Source of the DNA: Sphagnum compactum
Taxonomy: Eukaryota
Direction of reading: 5' to 3'
Assembly (NCBI GenBank): GCA_965153455.1
Contig: OZ234494.1
Span: 9,300,001 to 9,364,000 of the forward strand
DNA length: 64,000 nt
Shown piece after piece: positions 38,757 through 51,593 of the stretch. The notes below the pieces were generated by a model, which saw only the letters and a program-made list of their open reading frames with translations, had not been told where the DNA came from and did no database searches. The position numbers and the translations under genes are program-made. How positions within the stretch are numbered: position 1 is the first letter of the stretch; each line of letters begins with the position of its first letter.

Positions 38757-41700
38757 ATGTCTTGCTTTCCGTGCCTGCGGCGAAGGGTTAAAGAGGACAG
38801 CAGCAAAGTAGCAAATATTTCTGGTGAGTTTTTATTTGCTTGCAAGTTTATTTCGTTGCAGTTTTCCTCCAAGCGTGTTCGACTTTCTGCAAAATGTGTG
38901 TTGCACGAGGACATCGTTTTTCCTGATCGAATTAGGTACCGCAAGTTGGAACCATGCACTAACTAAGAGCATCTCCAGCGGTGCTGAGTATGCGACCCTG
39001 CAAAAATATTTCTCAGCAGTAAATTGGCCTTTACAGTACTTTTTGGATGAAGGTTTACAAAAAAGCACTTTGCATCTTCTTTTTGCTCGCAAAACTGTAC
39101 ATGTTCACAGTGCCCTGCAAGAGCACCTGGAGCAGGAAATGACTGTTTCTCAGCAATAAATGGCTCTTTCTCATTGGCCAACTACAATGATTGGCCTAGG
39201 TGGTGAGAGTTAAATAGTCTCTCACTTTGTACAGTCCATCTTTTCAGGTTCATGGGTGGGGATGGGGGAGAAACTAGACAGTGCACACTGGATGTGCTAA
39301 ATACTGATAGGGGGGCTGCTGTAGGGCATGCTCCTTAGGTATTTTCTTTCCAACCCCACCGATAAAACTAAAACTGGGACTGCAAATATATGGGAGACTA
39401 CTAATAGCAACCCACCTTGACCAATCAAACTATCTAGCTAGCCAATCAACAGCAGGTGTTAAGCTTTGCTGTGCCATTTACCAGCTTCAGCAAACTATGA
39501 AAAAATGCTGGATCCTAAACCATTTTGCAGAGCCAAACCTCCATGTTTTGACTTTTCTTCATCCAATTTTAATTGGCAGGGTCACATACTGAGCACCGGT
39601 GGAGTTGCTCTAACTAAGCACACCAGAATCTGTGTTTCCCATTCGCTAATTAGAGGATTAGAATCTGTGTTAGAGACATGTGCCCTTATGCACAAGGACA
39701 TTTCCATCTTGAAGTTGGCTTGAAGTCTGCTGGAAATGTGCACTAGAATGCATGTAACCCTTATGCAATATGGATGTTAGGTGCTCATTGATGGGCAGAA
39801 TCAGTCCACACATCAGAATTTGAAAGCAACTTTATGACCTAGTAGTTTTTGAGATTTCCAGGTGCAAGTTTTAAAATGCAATCTGCATTTATCTTCTTGC
39901 AGTCAAGGAAGTTAGAACACGGTGCAATATATATATTCAATACCTATTCTGTGTGCTCTGGGGTTTTTTGGCTCTTTGTAGGGAATTCTGAGCCAAATGC
40001 TTTCCAAGAGGGATCAGCTGCAAGCCCTCATGGCTCGGTCTCTCCATTCTCTGCCAATCATGGATTGCAACCAAAGGCCCTCGGTGCTTTAACCTTCACA
40101 ATGGCTGAGCTAAGCAGGGTGACAGCGAATTTCTCTGAGTCGCATAAGATTGGTCAAGGTGGCTTTGGTTCTGTGTTTAAAGGGAAGCTCCGCAATGGTC
40201 AACTAGTTGCCATTAAGCGAGCCAAAAAGGTATTCCTTCCCATGTTTTCAAGTGACACTGCCAGACAATGACACTGTACTGTACAGGAGGGCTCTATTTG
40301 TGATCTGGGCATGTTTATATTCTGGAGACAGTGGTTCCAGTTGCTAGTTTGATGCTATAGTAGATTACTTCCAGACATCAAAGAAAAGTAGTTTCTGCTA
40401 CTGAAATTTGGATATGTATTTTCACATGCCTAGAACTGTGAACTGGTGTTGGCACAGTTGTAGGGTTGTCACGTTGCTCAGCTCATTAGTCTCAGGTTAA
40501 TATATCCACATGATCTGATGATCTGTGGTGAGGTCTTGGTTGGTAATATGAATGACTACAATTTTGTAAACAACTTTATGGACTATGAGGGTGTTGCTTT
40601 GTAACCTCTTTTGTCCAAGAAGGCAGTAGCAGGACCTCAGAGGTGGCAAAGTTAGACTGATGTTGGTCTCTGGATGTCAGGAGTTATTTGAGACACGAGT
40701 CTCCACGGAGTTTGAGAATGAGGTCAATATGCTATCTCAAGTGGAGCACTTGAATCTTGTGAAGCTTATAGGTTACTTGGAGGAAGGAGATGAGCGGATT
40801 TTAGTGACTGAGTTTGTGACCAATGGGAACCTCCGCCAGCACCTTGATGGTACACTCTTCAACCCAGGCATACATATGTACATACAAATAATGACTCATG
40901 TGTAGAGCTCAACCTGAATCTGTAGATACAGAGGGCTAGTATGTTGCTGTCTGATCTAGTGCAAACAATTAGGGTATGTTGCTGTTTAATCTTATGCAAA
41001 CAGTTAGGGATAAGTTTTTTTGTCCATTCAATGGGAGAAGTATGGTGGGTTGATGCAGGTTCACCATATGGAGTGATCCTGAACATGGGCACACGCTTGG
41101 ATATTGCAATTGATATTGCACATGCCCTTACATATCTCCATTACTATACAGGTAACTCCATAAGCAAGTTTCCAATAAATTTGATGAATGTATGTGTCCA
41201 GTCAATTGGCATACCACAGTATTTATGGTGGTTTCTATGTGACAAGCCATCATGTAATGGGGCTCATATGCACTTTGAGCAAAAAGTTTGTGACACAAGG
41301 CTACAGTAGGACAGAAGCAAGGAAAATGTGGCATTCTATCAAATACAAGGACATTTTCACCCAGGTGTCATGGTTATGGTCTCAATTTGAGTAGGAGTCC
41401 TTGATCAGTGTGACTTAGTGGAATCTACTAGTGGTCAGAGTGCTCTATAACTTTCATTTTGTTACTGGTTTGTCATGTGCCAACATTTGTTACATAGAAG
41501 CAGCTACACTTTGCAGGAGATTAGGTGCACTGACATTGTGGGCTATGTGTTTGTGCAGATAGACCAATAATCCATCGAGATGTGAAATCGTCCAACATCT
41601 TACTAACAGATTCCTATCGTGCAAAGGTTGCTGATTTTGGGTTCTCCCGTGTTGGACCATCAGGAGAAATGGGGGCCACTCATGTCTCCACTCAAGTGAG

Positions 41701-42516
41701 AGGCACTGCTGGTTACCTTGACCCTGAGTATTTGACAACATATCAACTGAATGTGAAGAGCGATGTGTATTCCTTTGGCATTTTACTTATAGAACTCTTC
41801 ACGGGGAGGCGACCACTAGATCTCAGTAGGCCCAATGGTGAACGCGTCACTGTAAGATGGGTATGGATACACTGTGTTTCTCTAGCCCTGTATTGTTATT
41901 CTATCCTGTATTTTTTGTCATTCACAGTATGGGAAGTAAGAGTATGTGTAAGCTATGTGTATTTGCATTATAGCTAATACCGGTTCAAGTTGCTGCATGA
42001 CAGGCTTTTGCAAAGTTTTTGGATGGGAAGCTGAGACATATCCTTGATCCTAATATCAAGAGGACACCTGCGATCATTGGAATACTGCCATCATTGTTTC
42101 AATTGGCCATCTCATGTGTTGCTCCCTCAAAGACTGATCGACCCAATATGATAGAGGTGCAAGAAAAACTCTGGGACATCAGGAAAGATTACCAAGCAGC
42201 ACTGAATCATCAACGAGAGAATCAGGTTGAGAAAAATGAGCATGCTTATTCACTCGAGAGTGTGAAGAGCCCTAGGAGTGGGGAAACAGTGAAGGTTGAC
42301 AGTGCAAAGCCTAGGGGGTCTGAGGACAATGAAAGTAGCAGGGCTCGGTTAAGTAGGCGGTCTGAGGACAACGAAAGTAGCAGGGCTCGGTCAAGTAGGC
42401 TGTCTGAACCAGAGACCCCCAAAAATCGAAGAAATATAGGATCACCTGAGGCTGCTGACCTCTATAGCCCTCGCAATTATACACCCTCCAATGCACTTCA
42501 TGATAGACATCCTTAA
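38757..42516 (+). CDS. CRCK: Calmodulin-binding receptor-like cytoplasmic kinase (CRCK, RLCK-IV-like), 6 exons, ~463 aa
   Basis: Exons 38757-38823, 39982-40229, 40681-40849, 41059-41151, 41559-41860, 42004-42516 (1392 nt). Motifs [84 protein letters not shown] and KSDVYSFG. No transmembrane segment or ectodomain. Subfamily inferred from [14 protein letters not shown] and [11 protein letters not shown]. Confidence 0.88.
38967..39610. mobile_element. MITE, PIF/Harbinger (Tourist-like), 644 bp, in intron 1 of the kinase gene
   Basis: Left end GAGCATCTCCAGCGGTGCTGAGTATGCGACCCTGC pairs with right end GCAGGGTCACATACTGAGCACCGGTGGAGTTGCTC; TAA duplication at 38964-38966 and 39611-39613. Its 3' ~270 bp align with the copy at 8050-8422. 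Confidence 0.88.
42319..42405 (+). repeat. In-frame 42-bp tandem duplication in the kinase C-terminal tail
   Basis: TCTGAGGACAA(T/C)GAAAGTAGCAGGGCTCGGT(T/C)AAGTAGGC(G/T)G x2, encoding [10 protein letters not shown](L/S)SR(R/L). Confidence 0.9.
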
Positions 42517-45479
42517 AGATGGCTTTGTTCAAGCTGTTTTGGAACAGGTTTCCCTTTCTCCTCCATTTTCAGATACTTGTCCCTTTGTGTAGGGTAGTAC
42601 TGAAATAAGCAACTCTGCTCTTGCCTTCTCTGTGGAAAGGTGTATATGATGCATAGGAGTTCTAAAGTTTAGTAAACACAGCAAACTGTATTCTAGAGTT
42701 AGTGGTTAGAAAGCATAGGGAGCCTGCTGAGTAACACCTGGTTTTTGCTAAGGGAAACCTGTCCAGACTTCAGGAAGCAAGCTTGATCAAACACTCGTGT
42801 TCTTTTATGAGGTCCGTAGGTACATTAATTGTGTTCTTAATAGTGGCCTGCATTGGACTGCTGGCATCTTTTGTAGTAAGTTTGATGTTCGGCTGTACTC
42901 ATGTAATTCTAGAGAGATCTTGGTGCTAGAGCATTGGACAAAAAATGCTAAGTTTCTTTGAGAAAAGTCTCAGAGATTCACACCTGTATAAGCACAGGTT
43001 TGTTCTGTACAGGTCCCGACATTTGATTTTGCAGTCTTGTGAATAGGACAACATTGAAGCTTGCCTGGTAGTGAATTTGTTGGACACAGCTGGTTTGTTG
43101 AATGCAACTTGTATCTTTTGCTGTATTGCCAAGAATCAGGTGCTTTTGAGTGCTATCCAGTGTTCAACCAGCTGTTACAGTAAGATTTGTTGGTCCGTAA
43201 TCTAAGTACATGTTGTGTGACCTTCTGGGCTAATGTAGTATTGCCATGAAGTCGAGGTGCAGGTTGAAGCTCATGTTGAAACTTACTACGGCAGTCAGCA
43301 AGGTTCTTAGGATTCTTCCTTCAATCCTTCAATGTGCGATTTGCTTTGTCAGGTTGGCACCTGCACGTGAGATGTTTATAGGCAGGTTGAGTTTACAGTG
43401 TTGTGAAATTTAAGGTGGTGGATTGTGACTTCCTTGTTAAGACTGAAGGGGCAGACCTTTCAGGCCTTTTATCTCTCACACGTTGCCAGCTTCTCATCTC
43501 TCGATGGAAGATTGCCAACTTGTTTGTGCAAACAATGAAATATTCTATTGGGTGCAATCACATTGATAAGAACCACAAGTGAACTACAAGTGTTATTAGT
43601 GCTGGATTTTTCATTTTTTAGTGTTGGAGGTTTTTTATGTATTTGCATAATATGAGAAGCAATTTGAAATGAATTTAATGAGCATAAAACATTCTGAAGC
43701 ACTCATCAAACTTTATAACTATTGTTTCTTTTGGATGAAACTTTGTCACTTGATGAATTTGAAAAAAGGCTTTTTGAATTGCCATATTTAAACATCAAAC
43801 TTCTAGCTTCTTGTCAACACATAGTGGGACTTTTTAGGCTTACAACGTTGGCTTTCTAGCCAGACTTGGCAAAGCCTTCTTGGAAATGATTGTTAGGCCA
43901 CCTATCGGAATTGTAACCAATATTTTCTTTATTTAAATTTTTTTCAAGAGATTTGAAATGATGTTTAAAATGATATAATCATGTACAATAATTATTTACA
44001 TCTTTACATAATAATGTAATTTGACTTTCCTTTTTTAACGAATATTTTTGGTATTATGAAAAAAATAATGGATTTTAAAACTTAAGATCCGTCATGTTTT
44101 GTAATCAATTGCAATCTAGCACATTGTCATGACAATTATTCCTTGTGTTTTTTTTTAGTGAAAAAATCTCACTTTAAATAGTGGGGTTTGTTCAATGTTT
44201 TCTTTTGTGATGAAAATCTGTCACTTTGTGAAAATAAAAAAGGCCATGCAAAGGCCCCAAAGGAATTAGAAGGGGTAGAATTTGAATTTGTCACTAGGAA
44301 TCAACAGTGCAAAATAGGCCATTTGCCAACCGCAAGATCCACAATCCACATTTGTTGGTGTCAGGGGTGATTGCTCTTTGCCATTGGATGCCATACTACA
44401 TACCTTTTGTTGCCTTATGTCGCGTCTCCACTCCCTCGTAGCTAGGTGCTATCACAATCATCACTTCAAGCTTGATTTTTTGATCGTCATCTTGATTGAT
44501 TGAGCTTAGATTTTTCATTCTTGCAAGCTTTGTAAGATGAGATTTTGTTTGTACTAAGGAGTTTGATCTGGGAATTTGTGATAATGAATGGGGTTGGAAA
44601 CGGCTGGAAGTTGCAACAAATGACGTCTTGTATGTTGTAACTGTGACTCACCTTGCATTTGTTTTTGTAAATTGAACATAAGTTTGAACATTTTCTCTTA
44701 TCTGCTCAAAGTCTATTTGATGATACCAAGAAAGATGTATATGTCTACATTGCAAGAAAGCATGTTCAAGATAGCAATGTTTCAAGATGGTAGAAAGCCA
44801 ACAAGATGTAATGGTGACAATGACAAGCACTAAAGTATAGAATCAACTTATGATTTGTGAGGTTTGGAAATCTTGTGATTTTATGCTGGGGTGTTTAATG
44901 GTGCAAGCTGGCAAAATGTGGTGGAATCTAGAAAAATGGGGGAAGCAAATAGTCATTCGGGTACACCATTGCATGTAGCCAAGTTCGGTCACTTTTTGTG
45001 CTTCATTGTGCATCTTCCAAGTAGTGTTTTATGGCTGAACATGCTTGTGCAACGTGCTTGTTCATCAAGCATTCTATGAATTGATAGTTCATCAATTCAT
45101 AGAAGCCAAGTGTTGTGAGGTTGAATCACAAACTTTTCTTCCCTTTGGTAATCCAAGTTCTGTGAGGTTCAAAGAGAACATTGCGTTCACAATATTTGAT
45201 TTCCTCCTTGTTTGAAGCTTCTAAATTTCTTTAATCCTCCAAACTTCCTTGCAATGACACCCCTAAAACCCCCTCCAAACTTCAAGTTTCATACATTTTT
45301 TTCCATGTTTGCAGTTTGTCACCATGTTTGGGTAGTTTGTGTCACCCACATATGGGTCTCCCCTTGAAGCTTTTTTTACACCTCATAAATACTCCGCACT
45401 TGAGAAGGGAAGGGAAATTTTGTGTCTAAAGACCCACCTTTAGTCATCTTTGTAGATTTTCCAAAAGCGGAACTTAGTA

Positions 45480-47595
45480 AACCGAAAAAGAAAAAGGTCA
45501 AGAAGAGTGGGTGAAAGTTGAACAAGGTTTATTAGGATTGATGGGCAACACGAGTTTATTGGTACAAACCTATTTGCAAAGAGGATGGAAAGATGTGAAT
45601 GGTGAGATGTAAAACTTGATCCAAAGTGGAGGGGAAAGAAAAACTATTAGTGCCTAAGTTAGTTTCTTTGATCAAACACTCTGATTGCATAAAATGTTTA
45701 GTTGCAAAACCAAGCATTGTTGTTGGACAATATTACCTTTGTCCTTTTAACTCACATGTGAAAAATGAATAATTATTTGCATCCAATTCAATAGACATAG
45801 TTGTTGCTCAGTTGGTGAATGGTGGCAAGGTAGAGCAAAAAAAGAAATATCTCAAGTTTGTGATGATATGACATCTTTTGAAACAAGGCGACCCAATGAC
45901 AAACTTTGAAAGCTTTAAAGAGCTTTTTTAGTTTTTGAGAATTGGAAATTGTCCCCACAAGCATTAGTCTGACTCGACAAGATGGGGCATGGTAGAGGCC
46001 GTGCACAATGTGGTCTTACGAGCCACCAATGTTTCTCTATAGAAATCAGATTTCATTTTAGTCAGCTATGATGAGGTTATAAGCGTTGACAACCAAAGTT
46101 GGTTGTCAGTTCATGTTTATGTGGCAAACTTTTTGAAAAGGGTCACCATCTTATTGAATTTGTAGCGAGTGGTTGATGGAGTGACTTCCGACAACTTGAC
46201 TGCCATGAATATGTAGAGCCTAATGGAATGTGAAGGCTTGATTGAGTAGGATGTTGCTAACAAATTAGTTTGCTTTGGATGAGATGGTGTTACAATTTTT
46301 CAAGGAATGAAAAATGGTGTCAACACCTAATTCATGCAAAAACATGCCCTTTTTGTCGATGGGGTGCATTGTATGGTGTGTAGGACAAATCCTGTTGTCC
46401 AAACATTGAGTTTCATGAGCTTGGTATCCAAGATTGAACTCTCTTGGCTTCCATGTTCAACTATTTTGCTCATAGCCATAAGCAGGCCCTGGATACTAGT
46501 AAGTTGGCAAAAATCTTACACACAAAAGGTAACAAGATATTGAAAAACATAGAGACCCACTAGATGTTGGCACCTTCTAAGAGGGTCCTGCAAGAATACA
46601 AAAGCTTGGTTTGAAGATGGTTGCTATTAACGCAAATGTCCAAACTACAAAAGTCAATTATGAAGCATTATGTGATGCAGAGACATTCTTCGGTCTTGCT
46701 ATTGTTTTATATTTATTGGAACTTGTTCAAGATTTGTATAAGCTTGCATAAGGGTGGCAAACCTTCATATGTGATTTTGTAAGTGCTTTCAAACTTTGTA
46801 AAGCAAACACACGAAAAATGTATTATGATACACATATTTAATTTTCCTTTCAACAATTTGGTTTTTTTCATGAATTTGTTGAGCATATTTACAAGCCCTT
46901 GTGCTTGACATGGTGGACAAAACTTGCATATCAAATTCCATATGTGGCCTTCTTCAGAGGAAGTAAGTTGTTTATGTTGCATGTCACAAATCCCATCATT
47001 GGGAATGTGAGCATGGTGACCAAGGAAACATGGGCTGAAGTTACAAATTCAATGATGGACCAATGTTCTTCAATTGCAATAGGTTTGCTCATTGGGTTGG
47101 AGAAACTACCTTCAGTATTGGCTCATTCCAAAGGTTGAAACCACCTTTCCAGGGTACATGGCCATTCTTCAAGCTCATTTTGAGTACCCTAAAAACATGG
47201 GACTAATGGTATGTTTGTTAATCCATTGATTAACCTTTCTATTTTGGACCAATAATCATTTTTTTTTCAAATTGACCATGGAGAACTTGGGTCAATCTAC
47301 AATGTAGCCTCCTCTTGATGGTAACCCAACAACCAAAATGTGGGAAAGAATTGGATCTAGCAGAATTTTGATGCATCGCCTTTTTAAATTATTTACATTG
47401 GTGAAATTTTGCTTTGTGATGGTGTTTAGCAATGTGGAAGATGAACACACCTTCTCCAATTCGTCTTTTGTGAAATCAAAACTCCAGAACTGGCTAACTA
47501 CACACTTGGACCTTGTGGTCCATATGTGTGCTCATGACTTTTACACCATTGAGAATTTTCCTTTTTACATGGCAATCCTTGATTGGAATGAGTAG
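45480..47595 (+). mobile_element. Decayed hAT-superfamily (ZNF862-like) transposase
   Basis: Fragments across stops and frameshifts: KVEGKEKLLVPKL, HLLKQGDPMTNFESFKELF, FILVSYDEVISVDNQSWLSVHVYV, KLVCFG*DGVTIFQGMKNGV, GVHCMVCRTN (CxxH-like) and NVEDEHTFSNSSFVKSKLQNWL (hAT C-terminal dimerisation-like). Element termini not resolved. Confidence 0.82.
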
Positions 47596-50500
47596 TTGCA
47601 ATGATACAAATTGATAGTGTAAGGTTTCTACAAGTTTACAAATGGTTACCTACATGATATCATAAGTGAAGATCACCTTGTTGGTTTCATACAAGTTATG
47701 TATGAGTTGTGGCAGTAAATTGAACTACCAGGGATGGCCTTTTTTATATATGAACTATGATTCACAAGAATGTAATGGCTACCACACAGTTTTTTGAATG
47801 TTCTTTCATTTCATTTGGTTTTTGCATGTAATTTAATAAGGGTTTGGGTGCAAATAGGGCATTGACTACATATGGCCAAGATCCTTCATAGATTGGGGTT
47901 CAAATCCCCTTCAAATCACTAAGGCAATGGGTAGGTTTGTTTATGTATGTTGTTTGTGCATTTTCAATTTTTATGAAACATACAACTTTGTTATGTGCAT
48001 TTCATACATCCTCCCTTTTTTAAGTATTTATTAAAATTTATCTTGTTGATGACAGTTGCAAGTTTAATGGTTTTAGTGCATGCTATAAACAATTTGCAAA
48101 CAAAAACCCAACTTGTGAAGAAATTGCAAAAATCTTGACATTTGAATCAAGGGTCCATTCACAATTGGGTTCATGGCATTCAGGGTTCGTTTTCCAAAAA
48201 AATTAATCAATTTACATTTTGATATTTGTGGTGGTGATCATTCTTCAAAAAATTTACTAATGTGGAACAAGATAAATATTTAATGATAAAACCCATATGC
48301 AATTTAAGTTTTTCTAAATTTGTGGCAACATCTAGCAAGTGTTTGCAATATCGAATAATTTTCATACGTACTAATGGTCAACATGTGACTTTGCAAAATT
48401 TTGATGTTGATATTAGTTCTTCCCATTTTAAGTGAGTTGCCATTTACAATCTTTGGTGCATGGTTTTTTTATGTGTATGGTTTCTGTTTAGGGTATTTTT
48501 TGTGGCTTGGAGTAGACCACTTTTTGGGTAAAAAAAGTTTTCAAGCATGCTTGCAATTTCAAACTTCTATTGGATGCAAGAGCATAAGCATGTTAAAGTA
48601 GGCCAATTAGTGATCCTTGGTCAAAAAGTAAAAGTAGAGTTTGCATTTTTGAATTTTAAGGCTTTTAGGAATGCTACAAATTTTTGAATGTACTTGCTAT
48701 ATTAAATAAACCATATATGGTCATATTTCATGTATTCTATTAGTTTCATCATTTTATTTATTTATCACAAGTTGATGTTTGATACTTTTTCAAAATCAAA
48801 CTATTCAAATGTTGTGATATTGATGTTTGAGTTATCATGCATATTGATATATATTTGTTGAAACTTGAACATTTCAATTATGATAATGTGAAGCTTCTAA
48901 AAAGTAGTTTTCCAAATTAACAGAATTATGCATCTAAAACATGATTTTCTATATGAACCCAAACACTAATACTTGCATATAATATGTCAAAACAATCTTC
49001 TAACAATCTAAAAACAGGAGATATTAAATTTTTGGTCAAATGATAATTAATTAATATACTTTTACGTTACTTTGTGCAATATGGGACAACAACATACATT
49101 TGGAAAGTTTAGAATGAAAGTAGGTTGAAGAAAAAGGAAACACAAAATCTTAAGCTTTAAAAGACATATCCATACCATCCTACATACATTCATGTTGTTT
49201 TTTTGTCTGTTTTAAAGATTAGGTTCTACTTTTTATGTTTCAAAGTTGACAATTTTGTGTTTTCTACTTGCAATGTATATTTTTTTGGCCTACTTTTGTA
49301 TGCTTGCACCCACAAGAGAAAGTTGTACAAATGTAATTTTCAAAAAAGGCTTATGATATTTGTTGCATTTCAATTCCAACCCTTACTTAAAATGGTCCTT
49401 TGCCATTTTCATAAGTTTTGTTGTTTGGCATGAATTTTTTTTTATTGGTGGTGGGTGATTTAGGCAATGGAAAGGGCAAATCTTTGTCATTGGCTACAAA
49501 AACAATGTAAGTACATGTTGACATTGGAACTTTTATGCTAGTCTTGAATTGGTCACCAAGCTTATGCATTGTAAATATGGTTTTGAACTCATTTTCATAA
49601 TTCAAACTTGACGACAATGGTGTTTAATGGCAATTTTATTGATCTACCCAACATTGTAACAAACATACATGGTGCAAAGCTTGCCAATGATGTATGCACC
49701 TTTTTGGCAACATGTCCACCACCACCATCTCCTAGGGTATATATATTCATCGTTATTTTCAAATTGTCTTTTTCTACGTAATAAATAAGGATAGATGCAT
49801 CAAAATGGAATGAGCAAGGAAGGTGGATTTACTAAAATTGGATATGGAACAAGGTAGCTACAATTGAGATGTGTGTGTGGGTAGGATAGTGTAAATAGGA
49901 GGGGGGGATGCAAAAGACTTCTTTCATCTATATGTTATGTTTTGGATCTAAGACATGGGTCTCCACCTCTTAGATTTATGTAGGGTTAACAAAGTAACTC
50001 CAATGGTTTTATTTTTTGGTTTGTTGTCTTTTATCCCCACAATTCTGAAAAGTTATGAACAATAATGCTTGACAATAGGAAAATGTTGATCAAGTAGGAA
50101 ATATTGGATATGTGGGGAAAGAATTGAAGAAAAATGTAGCCACTTGAATAGACAACACCATGCATGTTTTTGCCACACAATTATGAACATACACTACTCA
50201 AAATAACCACATCTAAAAACAACAATTCTTTGTGTAGCCAACTAAATCTACTTGCGCCCTCCCAAAAAAAACCACCCCTGCATACCACTACATACATATT
50301 GTAGCCATCCACCCTATTTGGAAAATATGAAAAAAAAAACATTGGGTTTGTTCCTATTATCCAATTGCACCCTATTGCAAGGGACAAGAATTGGTGATTT
50401 AGGTGTTAATCATTGTAGTTATTTTCATTTACATGTTTCAAGAAAAAATGAAGTTTAAGAAACTCCCATTTGTCCCAAGGCAAGTTTAAAATAAGAATTC

Positions 50501-51593
50501 CCCAGAATAGGTAGCAAAACATTTGGGTTTTCAATATGAATTCAATGCAATCTATTTGGATGCTTGAGCAATTTGTTGTGAAGAAGATGCCCAGGTGATC
50601 ACCAACCCTGAAAGGGCATACTAGACAATTAAGGGTCATTGCAAAGATGTGTAAGTGGTTGCTGATCCAGAAGCGTAGATTTGGAGACAACTAATAAGGC
50701 TTAAGTTTTCTTCATTTGCTTACAACAACCGGATTTCAGTTTAGGAATTTCTTTCAAACTTTGCTGGATCATGTTAATCACAAGAAATTGCACCTCTCAT
50801 TCCCCTTTGCAGTGGACATTTTGCAAAAAATTACAGTATTATTATCTCTTTCCATCAAAATTATTTTCCAGTGAATCTTCAATTCTCAAAATCGATCCAG
50901 GAGTTTCACATTAACAATACAAGAAAACTTTTTGCATTACTGTGGATATGCGCCTATTATCAAACCCTATCTGACAGAGAAAGAAAAGTAAGGTGTTTCT
51001 GACCTTGATGTTGCCACCATTTGTTGAGCCTCAATGGCATGTCCTGTGCCAAGAAACACCTGGTATCTGATTAAACAGCAGTTCATTAACCAAGATTTTC
51101 AATAGGCGCACCAATGCTATCCCAGTCTTTACAAACTAGAGAAACTAGCTACAAAAACCAAGAGCGAACTCTTCCCTCAGTACCATTCAATATTGGCCAA
51201 TGATCTATCATCCACACAGCCCAACGATTCTCCTGGGGTTCTGGGAGGAGCTTCCACATGGATGCTTATTCTCAAATCAGAATCTCGACTTCAGTAGTAC
51301 TTCAGCCAGACTTTGACATTCTCTGTAACGAAAAACATAATCTGCATTGTACACTGTATGAGAAGCAGACTGATGCTGGCAAAAGACTGTAACATCCTCA
51401 TTTTTGAGGGCAGTATTAACAGCATTGAAATTACAAATCTCAAAGAGTCTACCAATCCTCTGAATAAGCAGCGAAGCTCCTGATGGCATTGACTTGCATA
51501 CAAAGTGCTTATCAATGATAAATTCTTGTGTTGTGAAAAGTTTTGTTGTACAAAGTCTTGTAAGGGAAGAGAAAATGCATGTTACAAGTGAAA

